45,423 bases of DNA from Thermotogota bacterium. GTDB lineage: Bacteria; Thermotogota; Thermotogae; Petrotogales; Petrotogaceae. The stretch lies in contig JBNJGY010000011.1 in the NCBI GenBank assembly GCA_051748045.1, positions 1 through 45,423 of the forward strand, given 5' to 3'. The notes beneath the pieces are model-generated. The model was given only the letters and a program-made list of their open reading frames with translations. It was not told the DNA's origin and did no database searches. Position 1 is the stretch's first letter. Each line of letters starts with the position of its first letter. A program made the translations under genes and the position numbers. This document shows, in pieces, positions 1 through 9,058 of the stretch.

Positions 1-264
1 GAGATCTAATTTTTCAGGAACTCCTTGTCTTTTTCCTGGAAGACATGCATTTTTATCTATTTCGCCATTAATAAATGCTTTGGCAAAAGCTGAACATCCA
101 GGATACCCACATGCACCACAATTTATTCCAGGTAAAGCGGCTTCTGTTACTACTTTTCTTGAATCTTCTTTAACTTCAAATCTTTTTGCTGCAAAAGCTA
201 AAAATGTCCCAGCAAAAAGTCCTAAAAGACCTAATACTATTACAGCATATATAATCGTTTCCAT
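1..264 (-). CDS. rnfB: Rnf complex subunit B (5' part, runs off window edge)
   Basis: Read manually, not in the ORF track. ATG at 264 with AGGAGGT SD at 271-277 gives METIIYAVIVLGLLGLFAGTFLAFAAKRFEV...LPGINCGACGYPGC, i.e. a TM helix plus the RnfB Fe-S motif. Follows rnfA. Confidence 0.93.
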   Translation of the reverse strand, partial: METIIYAVIVLGLLGLFAGTFLAFAAKRFEVKEDSRKVVTEAALPGINCGACGYPGCSAFAKAFINGEIDKNACLPGKRQGVPEKLDL

Positions 265-276
265 TGATTAACCTCC

Positions 277-855
277 TTATATCTTTACAAGTCCGGAGAA
301 TCCCATAAATGCCATTGATAATAAACCTGCTGTTATTAAAGCCAACGCTGTTCCTTTAAAAGCTTTTGGTACATTATTTAAATCAATTTTTTCTCTAATT
401 GATGAGAAAATTATCAATGCCATAGCAAAACCCAATGAAGAAGCAAATGAATTAACAGTTGCTTCTATAAAATTATAATTTGTTTGAATATTTATTAAAG
501 CAACTCCAAGAACAGCACAATTTGTTGTAATTAGTGGTAGATAAATACCTAGCGCTTCATAAAGAGATGGAGAAGCTTTTTTTATAAAAAATTCAACAAA
601 TTGAACTAAGGATGCAATAACTAATATAAAAACAATTATTCTTAAAAATTCTAGACCTGTTACAACTAATATTAAGTTAAGACCCCAACTTATTATACCA
701 GCCATTGTCATAACAAAAATAACAGCCATTGACATACCAGCAGCAGAATCTATTTTTTTAGAAACACCTAAAAAAGGACAGATCCCTAAAAATCTAGATA
801 AAACAAAGTTGTTAACTAATGTTGCTGATAAAAATATTAAAATTAAATTTGTCAT
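277..855 (-). CDS. rnfA: Rnf complex subunit A
   Basis: NNFVLSRFLGICPFLG and LPLITTNCAVLG motifs; position in the operon. Confidence 0.96.
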   Translation of the reverse strand: MTNLILIFLSATLVNNFVLSRFLGICPFLGVSKKIDSAAGMSMAVIFVMTMAGIISWGLNLILVVTGLEFLRIIVFILVIASLVQFVEFFIKKASPSLYEALGIYLPLITTNCAVLGVALINIQTNYNFIEATVNSFASSLGFAMALIIFSSIREKIDLNNVPKAFKGTALALITAGLLSMAFMGFSGLVKI

Positions 856-1478
856 TTATTTCCACCAGCCTTTTTCTTTTTATTTTCTGTCTTTCTTATT
901 CCAATATAATTAAACATTGCTAATAACAAGCCTAATGCGATGAATGCTCCTGGAGGTAAGATAAAGGCGTACATTTTTAGACCTTCTGCCCATATATCTA
1001 AACCAAATATAGTTCCATTACCTAATAATTCTCTAACTGATCCTAAAAGAACTAAAGAACCTGTAAATCCTAAACCAATTCCCAATGCATCTACAATCGA
1101 GTCAACTACACTATTTTTAGAAGCAAAAGCCTCCGCTCTTCCCATTATCATACAGTTAACGACAATCAATGGAATAAACAATCCAAGTGTCTTCCATAAC
1201 TCATATGTAAAACCATGCATAACTAAATCAATTATAGTAACAAAAGAAGCAATAACTACTATATAAACAGGTATTCTGATTTTTTGTGGAACCATTTTTC
1301 TAATTAATGAAATAACTATGTTTGACATAATTAATACTGCCAAGGAAGCTAAACCCATTCCTAAACCATTTTCAGCATTTGTTGTTGTTGCTAAAGCTGG
1401 ACACATACCTAAAACTTGAACAAATATTGGGTTGTTATCTATTAATCCACTTTTAAAATTTTTCATTCTAGAACCCAT
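852..1478 (-). CDS. rnfE: Rnf complex subunit E
   Basis: NPIFVQVLGMCPALA, IPLIVVNC..MGRAEAFA and LPPGAF motifs. Confidence 0.96.
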   Translation of the reverse strand: MGSRMKNFKSGLIDNNPIFVQVLGMCPALATTTNAENGLGMGLASLAVLIMSNIVISLIRKMVPQKIRIPVYIVVIASFVTIIDLVMHGFTYELWKTLGLFIPLIVVNCMIMGRAEAFASKNSVVDSIVDALGIGLGFTGSLVLLGSVRELLGNGTIFGLDIWAEGLKMYAFILPPGAFIALGLLLAMFNYIGIRKTENKKKKAGGNK

Positions 1479-1479
1479 A

Positions 1480-2175
1480 TTACATCACTCCTTTTTCTGA
1501 AAGGAATTCAACTGCAATATTCAAAGAATTTGCTACCCCTCTTGGAGTTATTGTTGCACCAGTCATAACATCACTTGTTTGAACTGTTCCTTCTTCTTTT
1601 AAATCGTCTCTTACATTTGGATCAGAAGAAGCACCAGCATCTTTATTAACTTGAACTTTAGAATTTAACCCTTGTTCAGGTATATTATAAAATCTACTTT
1701 GAACTTCTTCTTCAGCAATTTTAGCACCTAATCCAGGGGTTTCTTGAGAATAACTGATTACTTCTATTTTATTTAATCTTATATTTCCATTTTCTTTTAC
1801 AAAAGAAGCAACAGAAGTGACATCTCCACCAAACCCTAAGCCAGCTATTGTTAATACATATATCTCTTTTTCTTCTGTACTAAATTTATAAGCAGGAGAC
1901 ATAATTTTTGAGTTTTCTGAATTAGTCATCATTATATTTTCTTCTGATTTTTCCCAAATATATTCTTCTAATTCTTCTGAAGTTTCTGGAATTTCTTGTA
2001 TATAATATTCTTCAGTTTCAAAATCAATCAAAACTGACTTTATAGCATCTAATTTCGCATTGAATTCTGCAGTTTGAATAAAAGGGTTTACAAAATTATA
2101 TATAACAGCGACTAAGAAAGCTGCTACAATCATATATAACATTAAAATAGATCCTGTTTTCAAGTAATCTTTCAT
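1480..2175 (-). CDS. rnfG: Rnf complex subunit G (FMN-binding)
   Basis: N-terminal TM, GFGG, ETPGLG and the DVMTGATIT covalent-FMN motif. Confidence 0.93.
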   Translation of the reverse strand: MKDYLKTGSILMLYMIVAAFLVAVIYNFVNPFIQTAEFNAKLDAIKSVLIDFETEEYYIQEIPETSEELEEYIWEKSEENIMMTNSENSKIMSPAYKFSTEEKEIYVLTIAGLGFGGDVTSVASFVKENGNIRLNKIEVISYSQETPGLGAKIAEEEVQSRFYNIPEQGLNSKVQVNKDAGASSDPNVRDDLKEEGTVQTSDVMTGATITPRGVANSLNIAVEFLSEKGVM

Positions 2176-3173
2176 TTTTTAACCCCCTTCTTAGAGGTTC
2201 CGAATATTCTTGGTTTACCCCAAAGATCTATAAGAGGAACTAAAGCATTCATTATTAAAATTGAGAATGAAACACCTTCTGGATAAGCTCCAAAATATCT
2301 GATTACCATTGTTATCAATCCCATTCCAGCTCCATATAATAATTGCCCTTTTTTCGTCATAGGTGAGGTAACCATATCTGTAGCCATAAAAAGAGCTCCT
2401 ATCATAAGCCCACCTGATAGAACATGAAATAAAGGTGTTGCATATGAAGGATCAAACATATAAAAAATACTACTCATCATTAAAACGGTTCCTATATATG
2501 TTAGTGGTACAGTTAATTTAATTCTTCCTCTTAAGACTAAATAGCCAAAGCCCAATAAAAGAGCTAAAGCACTTACTTCACCTATAGAACCAGGAATTTT
2601 TCCTATGAACATATCCATATAACTGTAAGATTCTAGTGCTAATTCCTGACTCGAATCTCTAAGAATACCTAAAGAACTTGCACCTGTAGCAGTATCAAGA
2701 GATGATAATGAAAAAGCATTATCAACATTCTGATAATAAAAAGGTTTTATCCACGTTGTCATAACACCAGGAAATGAAACAACCATAAAAACTCTTCCGA
2801 CTAATGCTGGATTGAATATATTTTGACCTAGTCCACCATAAATTTGTTTCCCAATAACTATTGAAAAAACTACACCAATTAATACATGATACCAGCTAAC
2901 AGCGAGTGATAAATTCATTCCTAATAATAGTCCAGTCACAGAAGCTGATAGATCTGGAACATAGTTCTTCACTTTCCTAATATATTTAACAATTGAAAAA
3001 TCTATCATTTCTGCTAATAACATTGAGAACAACATTATATATAAAGCTCTTATTCCAAACACCCATGTTGATACAATAATAGCTGGAATCAAAGCTATTA
3101 AAACATCAAGCATAACTTTTCTTGTTGAATCTTTTGAACGAAAATGAGGTGCTGCTGCTAATTTAAGTTTCAT
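2172..3173 (-). CDS. rnfD: Rnf complex subunit D
   Basis: KQIYGGLGQNIFNPA, PGSIGEVS, FMATDMVTSP and YPEGV motifs; polytopic membrane protein. Confidence 0.96.
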   Translation of the reverse strand: MKLKLAAAPHFRSKDSTRKVMLDVLIALIPAIIVSTWVFGIRALYIMLFSMLLAEMIDFSIVKYIRKVKNYVPDLSASVTGLLLGMNLSLAVSWYHVLIGVVFSIVIGKQIYGGLGQNIFNPALVGRVFMVVSFPGVMTTWIKPFYYQNVDNAFSLSSLDTATGASSLGILRDSSQELALESYSYMDMFIGKIPGSIGEVSALALLLGFGYLVLRGRIKLTVPLTYIGTVLMMSSIFYMFDPSYATPLFHVLSGGLMIGALFMATDMVTSPMTKKGQLLYGAGMGLITMVIRYFGAYPEGVSFSILIMNALVPLIDLWGKPRIFGTSKKGVKK

Positions 3174-3177
3174 TAAA

Positions 3178-4506
3178 TCAACCCCTCCTTTTACTCATAG
3201 CTCTAATAACTTTTTTTGCTGTTTTAAAACTCTTAGAAAGGTCTATTCCAGAAGGGCATCCATATGAACAAGTACCACATTCTATACAATCCATAAGACC
3301 ATTTTCTTTTGCTTTATCATATTCTCTATTATCAGTTAATTTTTTTAATAAATAAGGTTGTAATCCCATAGGACACGTAGTTACACAACTTGAACATCTT
3401 ATACAAGGATAATCTTTTTCTTTAGGTGCAACTTCTTTTGTCATTACAGTGATTGCATTATTACCTTTAAAGGTAGGTAAATCAATTTTCGGTAATGCAA
3501 TCCCCATCATTGGTCCTCCATAGAGTACTCTGTCTATTTCTACATTTTCTTTTATACCAACTATATTTAATAATTCATCAGCTCTAGTACCAATTTTATA
3601 CCAATAGTTTCCAGGATTTTTTACCCCTTCTCCAGTAAAAGAAGCTCCTCTTTCAACTAAAGGTTTTCCGTTGATTATAGCATCATATATTGCATATACA
3701 GTTGATAAATTCAGAACTATTGTTCCAATATCAATTGGCAGACCACCTGAAGGTACTTCTTTTTTTGTAATTGCTTTTATCAATTGTTTTTCTGCACCTT
3801 GAGGATATTTTGTTTTTAAAACCTTCACTTCAATATTTGCCTTGCTTTTAGCCATTTCGGTCATGATTGAAATTGCTTCAGGAGTATTACTTTCTATTCC
3901 TATAAATATTTTAGGAACTTCAGTAATATATTGTATAATTTCTAAACCTTTAAATATTTCCCTGGTTTTTTCTTTCATCATTCTATCATCGATGGTAATA
4001 TATGGTTCACATTCTGCTGCATTTATAACAACATTTTCTGCTTTTTTACCTTCTGGTACCATAAACTTGACATGTGTTGGGAACATTGCCCCACCTTGAC
4101 CAACAATACCTGCTTCTTTAATAATGTTTATTAATTCGTCTTTTTTTAGTTCATGATAATTCTCTCTATGGGGAATTAATTCCCATTCATCATCTTTGGT
4201 TCTTTTTATTACTACTACATCCTCTTTTCTTCCGCTACCAGCGTTTACCATTTTTTCAATACTCTGTACTTCTCCTGTTATAGGTGAATGTACGTTCGCA
4301 GAAATAAAACCATTTGCTTCTGCGATCTTTTGACCTGTTTTTACTTGATCTCCAGGCTCAACAATAATTTTGGCAGGGGCTCCCAGATGGTTTGTTGCAT
4401 ACATATAGACTTTATCTGGAAGAGGAGCTTTTTTAATTTCCTTTGATTCAGTTAGCTCCTTTTTTTCTGGAGGATGTACTCCGCCTTTAAAAGACAAAAT
4501 TCCCAT
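3178..4506 (-). CDS. rnfC: Rnf complex subunit C
   Basis: FKGGVHPPE, GIVGQGGAMFPTHVK, NAAECEPY, YPQGAEKQL and two CxxCxxCxxxCP ferredoxin motifs. Confidence 0.97.
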   Translation of the reverse strand: MGILSFKGGVHPPEKKELTESKEIKKAPLPDKVYMYATNHLGAPAKIIVEPGDQVKTGQKIAEANGFISANVHSPITGEVQSIEKMVNAGSGRKEDVVVIKRTKDDEWELIPHRENYHELKKDELINIIKEAGIVGQGGAMFPTHVKFMVPEGKKAENVVINAAECEPYITIDDRMMKEKTREIFKGLEIIQYITEVPKIFIGIESNTPEAISIMTEMAKSKANIEVKVLKTKYPQGAEKQLIKAITKKEVPSGGLPIDIGTIVLNLSTVYAIYDAIINGKPLVERGASFTGEGVKNPGNYWYKIGTRADELLNIVGIKENVEIDRVLYGGPMMGIALPKIDLPTFKGNNAITVMTKEVAPKEKDYPCIRCSSCVTTCPMGLQPYLLKKLTDNREYDKAKENGLMDCIECGTCSYGCPSGIDLSKSFKTAKKVIRAMSKRRG

Positions 4507-4508
4507 AT

Positions 4509-5399
4509 TTAGCCCTCCTTGAAATTTCTTACTTTTGGTATATTGTAAAAAGTTTTATTAGGTGAATCATTATAATAAGGTCTTGTACACCAAGAACATC
4601 CTGAAGTTTTTATAGCTTCTTCTTTATTTACATCATAAGAGGGTAATTCTATAAGATTACCCTTTTTATCAAAAATAAATTCTTCAATATTAACTTTGTT
4701 ATTATCAATTATTTCTTTTGCGTATTGAATTTTTCTATATCTATCTAAAGAAGGTTGTTTATTATTTTCTAATTTAGTACCTTTTATAGGTGTAAATGCA
4801 AATAAGCTAACTTTTATATTTTTTTCTTTCATCCCCAAAATAAATTTTACTATATCTAAATCAGTTTCACCAAGTCCAACTATTACATGTGTGGTAATTT
4901 TGTGTAAAAACTTTTTTGAAGAGTTAATCAACATTTGCATATACTTATTGTATTTAGTTCCTCTAATTTTTTCAAATAATTTTTTTTCTGGAACATCAAC
5001 TGATATACCCATATTATCAATATCATAAGTATTAAATAATTTTTCTACTTCTTTTTCATCTTTTGGCCTTAAAGAGACAGAAACTAAAACATCTTTATCT
5101 TTAAAGAATTCTAATATTTTTTCTAATTCTTTTTCATAATTTTTTGAAGAAACAACTTGTAAACAAACTCTTTTAAATAATTTTGGATCAAAATTATTTA
5201 AAAATTTTTCAAAAGTTATTTCAGGCCAAGTTATTCTTGATAAATGATCTTTATCTGAAATAGCTTCTCTTGCTTGTGAACAAAAAGAACAATTATATAT
5301 ACATTTTTCACCAATCATTAAATAAGCTGTGGGCATTTCAAAATTTAATTTACCTTTTTTTAATCCCATAACTACTGCAGTCGCATACGATACTTTCAA
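4509..5399 (-). CDS. Radical SAM protein (biotin synthase-related, LipS2-like)
   Basis: CIYNCSFC (CX3CX2C), LSRITWP, HVIVGLGET, FAFTPIKGT and C-terminal TSGCSWCTRPYYN; TTG start with GAGGAGG SD. Confidence 0.88.
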   Translation of the reverse strand: MKVSYATAVVMGLKKGKLNFEMPTAYLMIGEKCIYNCSFCSQAREAISDKDHLSRITWPEITFEKFLNNFDPKLFKRVCLQVVSSKNYEKELEKILEFFKDKDVLVSVSLRPKDEKEVEKLFNTYDIDNMGISVDVPEKKLFEKIRGTKYNKYMQMLINSSKKFLHKITTHVIVGLGETDLDIVKFILGMKEKNIKVSLFAFTPIKGTKLENNKQPSLDRYRKIQYAKEIIDNNKVNIEEFIFDKKGNLIELPSYDVNKEEAIKTSGCSWCTRPYYNDSPNKTFYNIPKVRNFKEG

Positions 5400-5401
5400 A
5401 A

Positions 5402-5680
5402 TTAATCCTCCTCTATATAAACAAAATCATATTCTTTAATATTATATATAAAAATAGTGGCAGTATCAGTTCTATAAGCTTTTTTATTAAGATCTTCATT
5501 TAAAAAAGAATCCAAGTCTAGCGCTTGGATTCTTTCATTTTCTTCTATGATTTTAGTAGTATTTTCGATATTATTTTGTTTTTCATTTAAAAATAACAGT
5601 ATTTCATTTAAATATTTCAAAGTCAAAAAAGAAAAAATAGATATTATCAAAAAAGAAACCAAGTTAATTATTAATTTCAT
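5402..5680 (-). CDS. Small hypothetical membrane-anchored protein (TM plus short coiled coil)
   Basis: Start more likely the ATG at 5680 (TAATG overlap with the upstream stop) than the TTG at 5698; hydrophobic N-terminus. Confidence 0.65.
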   Translation of the reverse strand: MKLIINLVSFLIISIFSFLTLKYLNEILLFLNEKQNNIENTTKIIEENERIQALDLDSFLNEDLNKKAYRTDTATIFIYNIKEYDFVYIEED

Positions 5681-6642
5681 TAAAATGCTCCAAGCCAAAT
5701 CCCAATTAACACTATTAGTAGTATACCAACAATTGAAAAGCTAATTATAAGAACTATGTCAAAAGAAGAGAGTTTAGAATCACCTTTGAATTTTTTATAT
5801 TCGCCAAATTCATCTGCTATATCTCCTATTATTTTGCTTTCACTATCACCATTCGCTATTTCTTCTTTTTTCTTTCTCGCATCTTCTAATTTTTCTATAT
5901 CTATATTAACCTTAAGATTTTTTTGTACTACAGTTTTTCCAATTCTTCCTTCTCCCATATCAATTTTTAAAAAAAGGAAATTAGTTCCAGGAATCATTTC
6001 TTTTGATATTAAAAAGACAGGAATCTTTTGTTTTTTGTTGGATTCATCCATTTTAATAACCATCAAAGGATCGCCAATATCAAGCTTTAAAATTGGAAAT
6101 CCATCAATTGGGTCGATAACAGGAAAAACTTCTTCAGCATTTTGAACATCTCCACGATTTAGATATTCATAAACACCTTCTTCTCCTTCTTTTTCAGCAG
6201 CTTGAAGCCAAGTTAAATCTTCATAATAATATTTTTGAGCGATCAGCTTAACTTCAGTTTCCCCACCCCAATCATATAATATATCTTGAACAATTGCTTT
6301 TATAACAAATGGGTCTCCTTCCTCAACGCTTATGAAAAGTTTAGAACCAATTATTTCCATTCCATATTTTTTCAAGGTAGTATAAACAAAAGCCTTAAAC
6401 TGCCTATTATTAGAAGATAAACTTTTATCTTGAGTTATTTTATATGCAAGGTGATCAACCTTAGATTTGAATTGTATATAATCTAAATTCAAATCAGGAA
6501 TTTCATATTGTTTTAATTTTTTCTTATTTAACACTAATATATTAAATTCTGGCATTTGTCTTTTTTTACCAAACATGTAGCCAATATATGTTTCTCCCGT
6601 TAAGTCAGAAGTTGCCATAAATTTTATCGCATAAAAATCCAT
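5680..6642 (-). CDS. Conserved hypothetical protein with C-terminal TM anchor (DUF4899-like, from recall)
   Basis: 320-aa ORF with GGGG SD, FPVIDPIDG motif and a C-terminal hydrophobic helix. Confidence 0.75.
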   Translation of the reverse strand: MDFYAIKFMATSDLTGETYIGYMFGKKRQMPEFNILVLNKKKLKQYEIPDLNLDYIQFKSKVDHLAYKITQDKSLSSNNRQFKAFVYTTLKKYGMEIIGSKLFISVEEGDPFVIKAIVQDILYDWGGETEVKLIAQKYYYEDLTWLQAAEKEGEEGVYEYLNRGDVQNAEEVFPVIDPIDGFPILKLDIGDPLMVIKMDESNKKQKIPVFLISKEMIPGTNFLFLKIDMGEGRIGKTVVQKNLKVNIDIEKLEDARKKKEEIANGDSESKIIGDIADEFGEYKKFKGDSKLSSFDIVLIISFSIVGILLIVLIGIWLGAF

Positions 6643-6653
6643 TAATAAACCCC

Positions 6654-7916
6654 CTAGATAATATCAACTATTCCTTCACCAGACTCTAACTTGGTGCTTT
6701 GAATTTCATTCAAATTTTTATTATTATCTACCACACAATTTTTCCCAATAATAAAATTGTTTGGAATAATTGTATTGAAACCTATAAGACTAATATCTGT
6801 ATTATAAATTTTCTTATCAATTGTAGATTCTCTAAACTCTCCTACACCTATTTCTACATTATCACCTATTAATGTATTTTCGGCAATTATAGTTTTATTT
6901 ATTATACAATTTTCACCTATTTTTACATTGTTCATTATAACAGAATCTTTAATTATAGAATTTTCTCCTACAGATACACCTTGGAAAATCATAGAATTTT
7001 CTACTTCACCATCAATTTCAGCACCTTCACTTATAAAACTTTTAATTACCTTTGAACTATTTGAAATGAATGCTGGGGGTAACTCTTCTGATTGTGTATA
7101 TATTTTCCATTTTTTATCATGAATGTCTAAAGGAGGTAAAGGCCCTAATATCTCTAGGTTACTATCTAAAAAAGTATTAATAGTCCCAACATCTCTCCAA
7201 TATCCTTCATAATTATAAGCATAAAGATTAGAGTTTTCATTTAAAATTCTTGGGATAATATTATTACCGAAATCATGAGCTGATTTTTCATCTTTTGAAT
7301 CTTCTTTCAATAAATATTTTAAATATCTCCAATCAAAAACATAAATTCCTAAAGAGGCTAAAGTACCTTTAGGATCAGATGGTTTTTCTTGAAACTGTAT
7401 TATTTTATTAAAGGGGTCTGTAACCATTATTCCAAATCTATGAGCTTCCGAAATTGGAACTTCCATACATGCTATAGTACAATTTGAATCTTTTTCAATA
7501 TGATAATCAACTATATCATTGTAATCCATTTTATATACATGATCTCCAGATAAAATTATAACAACATCTGGATTATATTTATCAATAAATTCTATATTTT
7601 GATATACTGCATCAGCAGTCCCTTTATACCAAGAGGTATCAGATCTACTAAGATATGGAGGTAAAACATGTATACCACCATCTTTTATATCTAAATCCCA
7701 AGGTTTACCAATTCCGATATGAGAAACTAATTGATGAGGCATATATTGAGTAACCACACCTACTGTATTTATACCAGAATTTACGCAATTACTTATTGCA
7801 AAATCAATTATCCTGTATTTACCACCAAAAGGAACAGCTGGTTTTGCTAAATTATTTGTAATTACACCTAAACGAGTTCCTTGTCCACCAGCTAGTATTA
7901 ATGCTAACATTTTCAT
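6654..7916 (-). CDS. glgC: Glucose-1-phosphate adenylyltransferase, catalytic subunit
   Basis: LAGGQGTRL, AKPAVPFGGKYRIIDF, WYKGTADAV, LSGDH, EKP, YWRDVGT and a C-terminal hexapeptide region. Confidence 0.97.
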   Translation of the reverse strand: MKMLALILAGGQGTRLGVITNNLAKPAVPFGGKYRIIDFAISNCVNSGINTVGVVTQYMPHQLVSHIGIGKPWDLDIKDGGIHVLPPYLSRSDTSWYKGTADAVYQNIEFIDKYNPDVVIILSGDHVYKMDYNDIVDYHIEKDSNCTIACMEVPISEAHRFGIMVTDPFNKIIQFQEKPSDPKGTLASLGIYVFDWRYLKYLLKEDSKDEKSAHDFGNNIIPRILNENSNLYAYNYEGYWRDVGTINTFLDSNLEILGPLPPLDIHDKKWKIYTQSEELPPAFISNSSKVIKSFISEGAEIDGEVENSMIFQGVSVGENSIIKDSVIMNNVKIGENCIINKTIIAENTLIGDNVEIGVGEFRESTIDKKIYNTDISLIGFNTIIPNNFIIGKNCVVDNNKNLNEIQSTKLESGEGIVDII

Positions 7917-7928
7917 AATTTTAGCCCC

Positions 7929-9044
7929 CTATAATACTGTACCTTTTTCAACAGTAACGATATTTTTGTTACTCCCTTGAATATTTTTGCCTTCTCTAAC
8001 TACAACATTTTTATCAATTATTAAATTTTTTATTTGAACTCCTTCTTCAATTACAGAATCTTGTAATATTATTGAATTTTCAACAATAGCCCCTGCTTTT
8101 ATAATAACTCCACGGGAAAAAATTGAGTTTTTGACTGTACCATTTACTATACAGCCATCAGCTATGAATGAGTTCTTTACTTTAGCTGTAATATTAATCT
8201 TAGGAGGAGCTGCATCCTTTAATTTTGTGTATATTTTTCTACCAGAATAAAACAACTCATCTCTAACTTCTTTATTCAATATATCCATATTTGTATCATA
8301 ATATTCTTTAATAGATTTTTTTATATTTTTCCAATAACCTTTATGCTCATAACTAAAGACTCTTAGGGTTTTAAGATTAGGTATAATAATATCTAAAAGT
8401 AAATTATTACTCCCATTTGGAACATGAGAATATAATAGTTCCATTAGTAGAGATTTATTTATGAAGTATGCTCCTAGAAAAATTTTGTCAGTAATTTTTT
8501 CATTATGTTTTTCATGAATTTTTGTTATTCTTTGATCTTCATTTTCCTCAATTTGTCCATAATCTTTAATGTTATAATTTTCAGATTCTTTTGTGATTAG
8601 AGTTATATCTGCACCATTTCTTATGTGATTTTTATAAACTTTTCTGTAATCAATATTATATATATGGTCTCCACTTCCAATTAAAACAAAATCTTCATCA
8701 GCTCTTTTTAACAATGTCATATTTTGATAAATTGCATCCGCAGTTCCTTTGTAATACATATTTAGATTTTCATCAGTCATAAAAGGTTGTAATATAAAAA
8801 TACCGCCTCTTTTTCTATCTAAGTTCCATTCTTTTCCACTTCCAACATGATCCATCAAAGACCTTGGATTGTATTGAGTTAATATTCCAACTTTACTTAT
8901 TCCACTATTTACCATATTACTTAAAGTAAAGTCTATAGCTCTATATTTTCCAAAAACGGGTACAGCTGAACTTGTTCTTTTAGCTGTAAGTTTTTCTAAG
9001 TTATCATGACTTGATCCCGATAAAATCAACCCCAGAACTTTCAT
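7929..9044 (-). CDS. glgD: Glucose-1-phosphate adenylyltransferase subunit GlgD
   Basis: GlgC paralog lacking GGxGTRL (has LSGSSHDNL), with PVFGKYRAIDF and WNLDRKRGG; adjacent to glgC. Confidence 0.88.
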   Translation of the reverse strand: MKVLGLILSGSSHDNLEKLTAKRTSSAVPVFGKYRAIDFTLSNMVNSGISKVGILTQYNPRSLMDHVGSGKEWNLDRKRGGIFILQPFMTDENLNMYYKGTADAIYQNMTLLKRADEDFVLIGSGDHIYNIDYRKVYKNHIRNGADITLITKESENYNIKDYGQIEENEDQRITKIHEKHNEKITDKIFLGAYFINKSLLMELLYSHVPNGSNNLLLDIIIPNLKTLRVFSYEHKGYWKNIKKSIKEYYDTNMDILNKEVRDELFYSGRKIYTKLKDAAPPKINITAKVKNSFIADGCIVNGTVKNSIFSRGVIIKAGAIVENSIILQDSVIEEGVQIKNLIIDKNVVVREGKNIQGSNKNIVTVEKGTVL

Positions 9045-9058
9045 AATAACACCTTCTT

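Noticed and set aside
80-271. 63-aa plus-strand ORF in the track
   Set aside because: It is the antisense shadow of rnfB, which has an SD and an Fe-S motif on the minus strand.
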